Shown here: in pieces, positions 38,901 through 50,700 of the stretch
Layout: every line of letters starts with the position of its first letter
Numbering within the stretch: the first letter of the stretch is position 1
Source of the DNA: the human T2T-CHM13v2.0 reference genome, Homo sapiens
Reading direction: 5' to 3' (one strand)
NCBI RefSeq assembly: GCF_009914755.1
Contig: NC_060943.1
Length of the DNA stretch: 64,000 nt
Translations under genes and position numbers: made by a program
The notes under the pieces: model-generated
The model's database searches: none
Seen by the model: the letters and a program-made list of their open reading frames with translations, nothing else
Told to the model about the DNA's origin: nothing

Positions 38901-41775
38901 CGGGATTTCTTCATATTATGCTAGACAGAAGAATTCTCAGTAACTTCCTTGTGTTGTGTGTATTCAACTCACAGAGTTGAACGATCCTTTACACAGAGCA
39001 GACTTGAAACACTCTTTTTGTGGAATTTGCAAGTGGAGATTTCAGCCGCTTTGAGGTCAATGGTAGAATAGGAAATATCTTCCTATAGAAACTAGACAGA
39101 ATGATTCTCAGAAACTCCTTTGTGATGTGTGCGTTCAACTCACAGAGTTCAACCTTTCTTTTCATAGAGCAGTTGGGAAACACTCTGTTTGTAAAGTCTG
39201 CAAGTGGATATTCAGACTTCTTTGAGGCCTTCGTTGGAAGCGGGATTTCTTCATATTCTGCTAGACAGAAGAATTCTCAGTAACTGCCTTGTGTTGTGTT
39301 TATTCAACTCACAGAGTTGAACGATCCTTTACACAGAGCAGACTTGAAACACTCTTTTTGTGGAATTTGCAAGTGGAGATTTCAGCCGCTTTGAGGTCAA
39401 TGGTAGAATAGGAAATATCTTCCTATAGAAACTAGACAGAATGATTCTCAGAAACTCCTTTGTGATGCGTGCGTTCAACTCACAGAGTTTAACCTTTCTT
39501 TTCATAGAGCAGTTAGGAAACACTCTGTTTGTAAAGTCTGCAAGTGGATATTCAGACATCCTTGAGGCTTTCGTTGGAAACGGGATTTCTTCATATTCTG
39601 CTAGAAAGAAGAATTCTCAGTAACTTCCTTGTGTTGTGTGTATTCAACTCACAGAGTTGAACGATCCTTTACACAGAGCAGACTTGAAACACTCTTTTTG
39701 TGGAATTTGCAAGTGGAGATTTCAGCCGCTTTGAGGTCAATGGTAGAATAGGAAATATCTTCCTATAGAAACTAGACAGAATGATTCTCAGAAACTCCTT
39801 TGTGATGTGTGCGTTCAACTCACAGAGTTTAACCTTTCTTTTCATAGAGCAGTTGGGAAACACTCTGTTTGTAAAGTCTGCAAGTGGATATTCAGACATC
39901 CTTGAGGCTTTCGTTGGAAACGGGATTTCTTCATATTCTGCTAGAAAGAAGAATTCTCAGTAACTTCCTTGTGTTGTGTGTATTCAACTCACAGAGTTGA
40001 ACGATCCTTTACACAGAGCAGACTTGAAACACTCTTTTTGTGGAATTTGCAAGTGGAGATTTCAGCCGCTTTGAGGTCAATGGTAGAATAGGAAATATCT
40101 TCCTATAGAAAGTAGACAGAATGATTCTCAGAAACTCCTTTGTGATGTGTGCGTTCAACTCACACAGTTTAACCTTTCTTTTCATAGAGCAGTTAGGAAA
40201 CACTCTGTTTGTAAAGTCTGCAAGTGGATATTCAGACCTCCTTGAGGCCTTCGTTGGAAACGGGATTTCTTCATATTATGCTAGACAGAAGAATTCTCAG
40301 GAACTTCCTTGTGTTGTGTGTATTCAACTCACAGAGTTGAACGATCCTTTACACAGAGCAGACTTGAAACACTCTTTTTGTGGAATTTGCAAGTGGAGAT
40401 TTCAGCCGCTTTGAGTTCAATGGTAGAATAGGAAATATCTTCCTATAGAAAGTACACAGAATGATTCTCAGAAACTGCTTTGTGATGTGTGCGTTCAACT
40501 CACAGAGTTCAACCTTTCTTTTCATAGAGCAGTTGGGAAACACTCTGTTTGTAAAGTCTGCAAGTGGATATTCAGACTTCTTTGAGGCCTTCGTTGGAAG
40601 CGGGATTTCTTCATATTCTGCTAGACAGAAGAATTCTCGGTAACTTCCTTGTGTTGTGTGTATTCAACTCACAGAGTTGAACGATCCTTTACACAGAGCA
40701 GACTTGAAACACTCTTTTTGTGGAATTTGCAAGTGGAGATTTCAGCCGCTTTGAGGTCAATGGTAGAATAGGAAATATCTTCCTATAGAAACTAGACAGA
40801 ATGATTCTCAGAAACTCCTTTGTGATGCGTGCGTTCAACTCACAGAGTTTAACCTTTCTTTTCATAGAGCAGTTAGGAAACACTCTGTTTGTAAAGTCTG
40901 CAAGTGGATATTCAGACATCCTTGAGGCTTTCGTTGGAAACGGGATTTCTTCATATTCTGCTAGAAAGAAGAATTCTCAGTAACTTCCTTGTGTTGTGTG
41001 TATTCAACTCACAGAGTTGAACGATCCTTTACACAGAGCAGACTTGAAACACTCTTTTTGTGGAATTTGCAAGTGGAGATTTCAGCCGCTTTGAGGTCAA
41101 TGGTAGAATAGGAAATATCTTCCTATAGAAACTAGACAGAATGATTCTCAGAAACTCCTTTGTGATGTGTGCGTTCAACTCACACAGTTTAACCTTTCTT
41201 TTCATAGAGCAGTTGGGAAACACTCTGTTTGTAAAGTCTGCAAGTGGATATTCAGACATCCTTGAGGCTTTCGTTGGAAACGGGATTTCTTCATATTCTG
41301 CTAGAAAGAAGAATTCTCAGTAACTTCCTTGTGTTGTGTGTATTCAACTCACAGAGTTGAACGATCCTTTACACAGAGCAGACTTGAAACACTCTTTTTG
41401 TGGAATTTGCAAGTGGAGATTTCAGCCGCTTTGAGGTCAATGGTAGAATAGGAAATATCTTCCTATAGAAACTAGACAGAATGATTCTCAGAAACTCCTT
41501 TGTGATGTGTGCGTTCAACTCACACAGTTTAACCTTTCTTTTCATAGAGCAGTTAGGAAACACTCTGTTTGTAAAGTCTGCAAGTGGATATTCAGACCTC
41601 CTTGAGGCCTTCGTTGGAAACGGGATTTCTTCATATTATGCTAGACAGAAGAATTCTCAGGAACTTCCTTGTGTTGTGTGTATTCAACTCACAGAGTTGA
41701 ACGATCCTTTACACAGAGCAGACTTGAAACACTCTTTTTGTGGAATTTGCAAGTGGAGATTTCAGCCGCTTTGAG
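29921..41775 (+). repeat. Dispersed near-identical copy of 1..11515, longer by one dimer
   Basis: The offset is 29920 for the first dimers (955/30875) and then 30260 (1497/31757, 1756/32016, 3495/33755, 6253/36513, 8223/38483). Similarity ends at 11516/41776 (GAGGT vs GAGTT). The left end may extend upstream of the window. Confidence 0.9.
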
Positions 41776-44700
41776 TTCAATGGTAGAATAGGAAATATCT
41801 TCCTATAGAAAGTACACAGAATGATTCTCAGAAACTGCTTTGTGATGTGTGCGTTCAACTCACAGAGTTCAACCTTTCTTTTCATAGAGCAGTTGGGAAA
41901 CACTCTGTTTGTAAAGTCTGCAAGTGGATATTCAGACTTCTTTGAGGCCTTCGTTGGAAGCGGGATTTCTTCATATTCTGCTAGACAGAAGAATTCTCAG
42001 TAACTTCCTTGTGTTGTGTGTATTCAACTCACAGAGTTGAACGATCCTTTACACAGAGCAGACTTGAAACACTCTTTTTGTGGAATTTGCAAGTGGAGAT
42101 TTCAGCCGCTTTGAGGTCAATGGTAGAATAGGAAATATCTTCCTATAGAAACTAGACAGAATGATTCTCAGAAACTCCTTTGTGATGTGTGCGTTCAACT
42201 CACAGAGTTCAACCTTTCTTTTCATAGAGCAGTTGGGAAACACTCTGTTTGTAAAGTCTGCAAGTGGATATTCAGACTTCTTTGAGGCCTTCGTTGGAAG
42301 CGGGATTTCTTCATGTTCTGCTAGACAGAAGAATTCTCAGAAACTTCCTTGTGTTGTGTGTTTTCAACTCACAGAGTTGAACGATCCTTTACACAGAGCA
42401 GACTTGAAACACTCCTTTTGTGGAATTTGCAAGTGGAGATTTCAGCCGCTTTGAGGTCAATGGTAGAATAGGAAATATCTTCCTATAGAAAGTAGACAGA
42501 ATGATTCTCAGAAACTCCTTTGTGATGTGTGCGTTCAACTCACAGAGTTTAACCTTTCTTTTCATAGAGCAGTTAGGAAACACTCTGTTTGTAAAGTCTG
42601 CAAGTGGATATTCAGACCTCCTTGAGGCCTTCGTTGGAAACAGGATTTCTTCATATTCTGCTAGACAGAAGAATTCTCAGTAACTTCCTTGTGTTGTGTG
42701 TATTCAACTCACAGAGTTGAACGATCCTTTACACAGAGCAGACTTGAAACACTCTTTTTGTGGAATTTGCAAGTGGAGATTTCAGCCGCTTTGAGTTCAA
42801 TGGTAGAATAGGAAATATCTTCCTATAGAAACTAGACAGAATGATTCTCAGAAACTCCTTTGTGATGTGTGCGTTCAACTCACACAGTTTAACCTTTCTT
42901 TTCATAGAGCAGTTAGGAAACACTCTGTTTGTAAAGTCTGCAAGTGGATATTCAGACCTCCTTGAGGCCTTCGTTGGAAACGGGATTTCTTCATATTATG
43001 CTAGACAGAAGAATTCTCAGTAACTTCCTTGTGTTGTGTGTATTCAACTCACAGAGTTGAACGATCCTTTACACAGAGCAGACTTGAAACACTCCTTTTG
43101 TGGAATTTGCAAGTGGAGATTTCAGCCGCTTTGAGGTCAATGGTAGAATAGGAAATATCTTCCTATAGAAAGTAGACAGAATGATTCTCAGAAACTCCTT
43201 TGTGATGTGTGCGTTCAACTCACAGAGTTTAACCTTTCTTTTCATAGAGCAGTTAGGAAACACTCTGTTTGTAAAGTCTGCAAGTGGATATTCAGACCTC
43301 CTTGAGGCCTTCGTTGGAAACGGGATTTCTTCATATTCTGCTAGACAGAAGAATTCTCAGTAACTTCCTTGTGTTGTGTGTATTCAACTCACAGAGTTGA
43401 ACGATCCTTTACACAGAGCAGACTTGAAACACTCTTTTTGTGGAATTTGCAAGTGGAGATTTCAGCCGCTTTGAGTTCAATGGTAGAATAGGAAATATCT
43501 TCCTATAGAAACTAGACAGAATGATTCTCAGAAACTCCTTTGTGATGTGTGCGTTCACCTCACAGAGTTCAACCTTTCTTTTCATAGAGCAGTTGGGAAA
43601 CACTCTGTTTGTAAAGTCTGCAAGTGGATATTCAGACTTCTTTGAGGCCTTCGTTGGAAGCGGGATTTCTTCATATTCTGCTAGACAGAAGAATTCTCAG
43701 TAACTGCCTTGTGTTGTGTGTATTCAACTCACAGAGTTGAACGATCCTTTACACAGAGCAGACTTGAAACACTCTTTTTGTGGAATTTGCAAGTGGAGAT
43801 TTCAGCCGCTTTGAGGTCAATGGTAGAATAGGAAATATCTTCCTATGGAAACTAGACAGAATGATTCTCAGAAACTCCTTTGTGATGTGTGCGTTCAACT
43901 CACAGAGTTTAACCTTTCTTTTCATAGAGCAGTTAGGAAACACTCTGTTTGTAAAGTCTGCAAGTGGATATTCAGACCTCCTTGAGGCCTTCGTTGGAAA
44001 CGGGATTTCTTCATATTATGCTAGACAGAAGAATTCTCAGTAACTTCCTTGTGTTGTGTGTATTCAACTCACAGAGTTGAACGATCCTTTACACAGAGCA
44101 GACTTGAAACACTCTTTTTGTGGAATTTGCAAGTGGAGATTTCAGCCGCTTTGAGGTCAATGGTAGAATAGGAAATATCTTCCTATAGAAACTAGACAGA
44201 ATGATTCTCAGAAACTCCTTTGTGATGTGTGCGTTCAACTCACAGAGTTCAACCTTTCTTTTCATAGAGCAGTTGGGAAACACTCTGTTTGTAAAGTCTG
44301 CAAGTGGATATTCAGACTTCTTTGAGGCCTTCGTTGGAAGCGGGATTTCTTCATATTCTGCTAGACAGAAGAATTCTCAGTAACTGCCTTGTGTTGTGTT
44401 TATTCAACTCACAGAGTTGAACGATCCTTTACACAGAGCAGACTTGAAACACTCTTTTTGTGGAATTTGCAAGTGGAGATTTCAGCCGCTTTGAGGTCAA
44501 TGGTAGAATAGGAAATATCTTCCTATAGAAACTAGACAGAATGATTCTCAGAAACTCCTTTGTGATGCGTGCGTTCAACTCACAGAGTTTAACCTTTCTT
44601 TTCATAGAGCAGTTAGGAAACACTCTGTTTGTAAAGTCTGCAAGTGGATATTCAGACATCCTTGATGCTTTCGTTGGAAACGGGATTTCTTCATATTCTG

Positions 44701-47700
44701 CTAGAAAGAAGAATTCTCAGTAACTTCCTTGTGTTGTGTGTATTCAACTCACAGAGTTGAACGATCCTTTACACAGAGCAGACTTGAAACACTCTTTTTG
44801 TGGAATTTGCAAGTGGAGATTTCAGCCGCTTTGAGGTCAATGGTAGAATAGGAAATATCTTCCTATAGAAACTAGACAGAATGATTCTCAGAAACTCCTT
44901 TGTGATGTGTGCATTCAACTCACAGAGTTTAACCTTTCTTTTCATAGAGCAGTTGGGAAACACTCTGTTTGTAAAGTCTGCAAGTGGATATTCAGACATC
45001 CTTGAGGCTTTCGTTGGAAACGGGATTTCTTCATATTCTGCTAGAAAGAAGAATTCTCAGTAACTTCCTTGTGTTGTGTGTATTCAACTCACAGAGTTGA
45101 ACGATCCTTTACACAGAGCAGACTTGAAACACTCTTTTTGTGGAATTTGCAAGTGGAGATTTCAGCCGCTTTGAGGTCAATGGTAGAATAGGAAATATCT
45201 TCCTATAGAAACTAGACAGAATGATTCTCAGAAACTCCTTTGTGATGTGTGCGTTCAACTCACACAGTTTAACCTTTCTTTTCATAGAGCAGTTAGGAAA
45301 CACTCTGTTTGTAAAGTCTGCAAGTGGATATTCAGACCTCCTTGAGGCCTTCGTTGGAAACGGGATTTCTTCATATTATGCTAGACAGAAGAATTCTCAG
45401 GAACTTCCTTGTGTTGTGTGTATTCAACTCACAGAGTTGAACGATCCTTTACACAGAGCAGACTTGAAACACTCTTTTTGTGGAATTTGCAAGTGGAGAT
45501 TTCAGCCGCTTTGAGTTCAATGGTAGAATAGGAAATATCTTCCTATAGAAAGTACACAGAATGATTCTCAGAAACTGCTTTGTGATGTGTGCGTTCAACT
45601 CACAGAGTTCAACCTTTCTTTTCATAGAGCAGTTGGGAAACACTCTGTTTGTAAAGTCTGCAAGTGGATATTCAGACTTCTTTGAGGCCTTCGTTGGAAG
45701 CGGGATTTCTTCATATTCTGCTAGACAGAAGAATTCTCGGTAACTTCCTTGTGTTGTGTGTATTCAACTCACAGAGTTGAACGATCCTTTACACAGAGCA
45801 GACTTGAAACACTCTTTTTGTGGAATTTGCAAGTGGAGATTTCAGCCGCTTTGAGGTCAATGGTAGAATAGGAAATATCTTCCTATAGAAACTAGACAGA
45901 ATGATTCTCAGAAACTCCTTTGTGATGTGTGCGTTCAACTCACAGATTTTACCCTTTCTTTTCATAGAGCAGTTAGGAAACACTCTGTTTGTAAAGTCTG
46001 CAAGTGGATATTCAGACATCCTTGAGGCTTTCGTTGGAAACGGGATTTCTTCATATTCTGCTAGAAAGAAGAATTCTCAGTAACTTCCTTGTGTTGTGTG
46101 TATTCAACTCACAGAGTTGAACGATCCTTTACACAGAGCAGACTTGAAACACTCTTTTTGTGGAATTTGCAAGTGGAGATTTCAGCCGCTTTGAGGTCAA
46201 TGGTAGAATAGGAAATATCTTCCTATAGAAACTAGACAGAATGATTCTCAGAAACTCCTTTGTGATGTGTGCGTTCAACTCACAGAGTTCAACCTTTCTT
46301 TTCATAGAGCAGTTGGGAAACACTCTGTTTGTAAAGTCTGCAAGTGGATATTCAGACATCCTTGAGGCCTTCGTTGGAAGCGGGATTTCTTCATGTTCTG
46401 CTAGACAGAAGAATTCTCAGTAACTGCCTTGTGTTGTGTGTATTCAACTCACAGAGTTGAACGATCCTTTACACAGAGCAGACTTGAAACACTCCTTTTG
46501 TGGAATTTGCAAGTTGAGATTTCAGCCGCTTTGAGGTCAATGGTAGAATAGGAAATATCTTCCTATAGAAAGTAGACAGAATGATTCTCAGAAACTCCTT
46601 TGTGATGTGTGCGTTCAACTCACAGAGATTAACCTTTCTTTTCATAGAGCAGTTAGGAAACACTCTGTTTGTAAAGTCTGCAAGTGGATATTCAGACATC
46701 CTTGAGGCTTTCGTTGGAAACGGGATTTCTTCATATTCTGCTAGAAAGAAGAATTCTCAGTAACTTCCTTGTGTTGTGTGTATTCAACTCACAGAGTTGA
46801 ACGATCCTTTACACAGAGCAGACTTGAAACACTCTTTTTGTGGAATTTGCAAGTGGAGATTTCAGCCGCTTTGAGGTCAATGGTAGAATAGGAAATATCT
46901 TCCTATAGAAACTAGACAGAATGATTCTCAGAAACTCCTTTGTGATGTGTGCGTTCAACTCACAGAGTTTAACCTTTCTTTTCATAGAGCAGTTAGGAAA
47001 CACTCTGTTTGTAAAGTCTGCAAGTGGATATTCAGACATCCTTGAGGCTTTCGTTGGAAACGGGATTTCTTCATATTCTGCTAGAAAGAAGAATTCTCAG
47101 TAACTTCCTTGTGTTGTGTGTATTCAACTCACAGAGTTGAACGATCCTTTACACAGAGCAGACTTGAAACACTCTTTTTGTGGAATTTGCAAGTGGAGAT
47201 TTCAGCCGCTTTGAGGTCAATGGTAGAATAGGAAATATCTTCCTATAGAAAGTAGACAGAATGATTCTCAGAAACTCCTTTGTGATGTGTGCGTTCAACT
47301 CACAGAGTTTAACCTTTCTTTTCATAGAGCAGTTGGGAAACACTCTGTTTGTAAAGTCTGCAAGTGGATATTCAGACATCCTTGAGGCTTTTGTTGTAAA
47401 CGGGATTTCTTCATATTCTGCTAGAAAGAAGAATTCTCAGTAACTTCCTTGTGTTGTGTGTATTCAACTCACAGAGTTGAACGATCCTTTACACAGAGCA
47501 GACTTGAAACACTCTTTTTGTGGAATTTGCAAGTGGAGATTTCAGCCGCTTTGAGGTCAATGGTAGAATAGGAAATATCTTCCTATAGAAACTAGACAGA
47601 ATGATTCTCAGAAACTCCTTTGTGATGTGTGCGTTCAACTCACAGAGTTTAACCTTTCTTTTCATAGAGCAGTTGGGAAACACTCTGTTTGTAAAGTCTG

Positions 47701-50700
47701 CAAGTGGATATTCAGACTTCTTTGAGGCCTTCGTTGGAAGCGGGATTTCTTCATGTTCTGCTAGACAGAAGAATTCTCAGAAACTTCCTTGTGTTGTGTG
47801 TTTTCAACTCACAGAGTTGAACGATCCTTTACACAGAGCAGACTTGAAACACTCCTTTTGTGGAATTTGCACGTGGAGATTTCAGCCGCTTTGAGGTCAA
47901 TGGTAGAATAGGTAATATCTTCCTATAGAAAGTAGACAGAATGATTCTCAGAAACTCCTTTGTGATGTGTGCGTTCAACTCACAGAGTTTAACCTTTCTT
48001 TTCATAGAGCAGTTAGGAAACACTCTGTTTGTAAAGTCTGCAAGTGGATATTCAGACCTCCTTGAGGCCTTCGTTGGAAACGGGATTTCTTCATATTATG
48101 CTAGACAGAAGAATTCTCAGTAACTTCCTTGTGTTGTGTGTATTCAACTCACAGAGTTGAACGATCCTTTACACAGAGCAGACTTGAAACACTCTTTTTG
48201 TGGAATTTGCAAGTGGAGATTTCAGCCGCTTTGAGTTCAATGGTAGAATAGGAAATATCTTCCTATAGAAACTAGACAGAATGATTCTCAGAAACTCCTT
48301 TGTGATGTGTGCGTTCAACTCACAGAGTTCAACCTTTCTTTTCATAGAGCAGTTGGGAAACACTCTGTTTGTAAAGTCTGCAAGTGGATATTCAGACTTC
48401 TTTGAGGCCTTCGTTGGAAGCGGGATTTCTTCATATTCTGCTAGACAGAAGAATTCTCGGTAACTTCCTTGTGTTGTGTGTATTCAACTCACAGAGTTGA
48501 AAGATCCTTTACACAGAGCAGACTTGAAACACTCTTTTTGTGGAATTTGCATGTGGAGATTTCAGCCGCTTTGAGGTCAATGGTAGAATTGGAAATATCT
48601 TCCTATAGAAACTAGACAGAATGATTCTCAGAAACTCCTTTGTGATGTGTGCGTTCAACTCACAGAGTTTAACCTTTCTTTTCATAGAGCAGTTAGGAAA
48701 CACTCTGTTTGTAAAGTCTGCAAGTGGATATTCAGACCTCCTTGAGGCCTTCGTTGGAAACGGGATTTCTTCATATTATGCTAGACAGAAGAATTCTCAG
48801 TAACTTCCTTGTGTTGTGTGTATTCAACTCACAGAGTTGAACGATCCTTTACACAGAGCAGACTTGAAACACTCTTTTTGTGGAATTTGCAAGTGGAGAT
48901 TTCAGCCGCTTTGAGTTCAATGGTAGAATAGGAAATATCTTCCTATAGAAACTAGACAGAATGATTCTCAGAAACTCCTTTGTGATGTGTGCGTTCAACT
49001 CACAGAGTTCAACCTTTCTTTTCATAGAGCAGTTGGGAAACACTCTGTTTGTAAAGTCTGCAAGTGGATATTCAGACTTCTTTGAGGCCTTCGTTGGAAG
49101 CGGGATTTCTTCATATTCTGCTAGACAGAAGAATTCTCAGTAACTGCCTTGTGTTGTGTGTATTCAACTCACAGAGTTGAACGATCCTTTACACAGAGCA
49201 GACTTGAAACACTCTTTTTGTGGAATTTGCAAGTGGAGATTTCAGCCGCTTTGAGGTCAATGGTAGAATAGGAAATATCTTCCTATAGAAACTAGACAGA
49301 ATGATTCTCAGAAACTCCTTTGTGATGTGTGCGTTCAACTCACAGAGTTTAACCTTTCTTTTCATAGAGCAGTTAGGAAATACTCTGTTTGTAAAGTCTG
49401 CAAGTGGATATTCAGACCTCCTTGAGGCCTTAGTTGGAAAAGGGATTTCTTCATATTATGCTAGACAGAAGAATTCTCAGTAACTTCCTTGTGTTGTGTG
49501 TATTCAACTCACAGAGTTGAACGATCCTTTACACAGAGCAGACTTGAAACACTCTTTTTGTGGAATTTGCAAGTGGAGATTTCAGCCGCTTTGAGGTCAA
49601 TGGTAGAATAGGAAATATCTTCCTATAGAAACTAGACAGAATGATTCTCAGAAACTCCTTTGTGATGTGTGCGTTCAACTCACAGAGTTCAACCTTTCTT
49701 TTCATAGAGCAGTTGGGAAACACTCTGTTTGCAAAGTCTGCAAGTGGACATTCAGACTTCTTTGAGGCCTTCGTTGGAAGCGGGATTTCTTCATATTCTG
49801 CTAGACAGAAGAATTCTCAGTAACTTCCTTGTGTTGTGTGTATTCAACTCACAGAGTTGAACGATCCTTTACACAGAGCAGACTTGAAACACTCTTTTTG
49901 TGGAATTTGCAAGTGGAGATTTCAGCCGCTTTGAGGTCAATGGTAGAATAGGAAATATCTTCCTATAGAAACTAGACAGAATGATTCTCAGAAACTCCTT
50001 TGTGATGTGTGCGTTCAACTCACAGAGTTCAACCTTTCTTTTCATAGAGCAGTTGGGAAACACTCTGTTTGTAAAGTCTGCAAGTGGATATTCAGACTTC
50101 TTTGAGGCCTTCGTTGGAAGCGGGATTTCTTCATGTTCTGCTAGACAGAAGAATTCTCAGAAACTTCCTTGTGTTGTGTGTATTCAACTCACAGAGTTGA
50201 ACGATCCTTTACACAGAGCAGACTTGAAACACTCTTTTTGTGGAATTTGCAAGTGGAGATTTCAGCCGCTTTGAGGTCAATGGTAGAATAGGAAATATCT
50301 TCCTATAGAAACTAGACAGAATGATTCTCAGAAACTCCTTTGTGATGTGTGCGTTCAACTCACAGAGTTTAACCTTTCTTTTCATAGAGCAGTTAGGAAA
50401 CACTCTGTTTGTAAAGTCTGCAAGTGGATATTCAGACCTCCTTGAGGCCTTCGTTGGAAACGGGATTTCTTCATATTATGCTAGACAGAAGAATTCTCAG
50501 TAACTGCCTTGTGTTGTGTGTATTCAACTCACAGAGTTGAACGATCCTTTACACAGAGCAGACTTGAAACACTCTTTTTGTGGAATTTGCAAGTGGAGAT
50601 TTCAGCCGCTTTGAGGTCAATGGTAGAATAGGAAATATCTTCCTATAGAAACTAGACAGAATGATTCTCAGAAACTCCTTTGTGATGTGTGCGTTCAACT

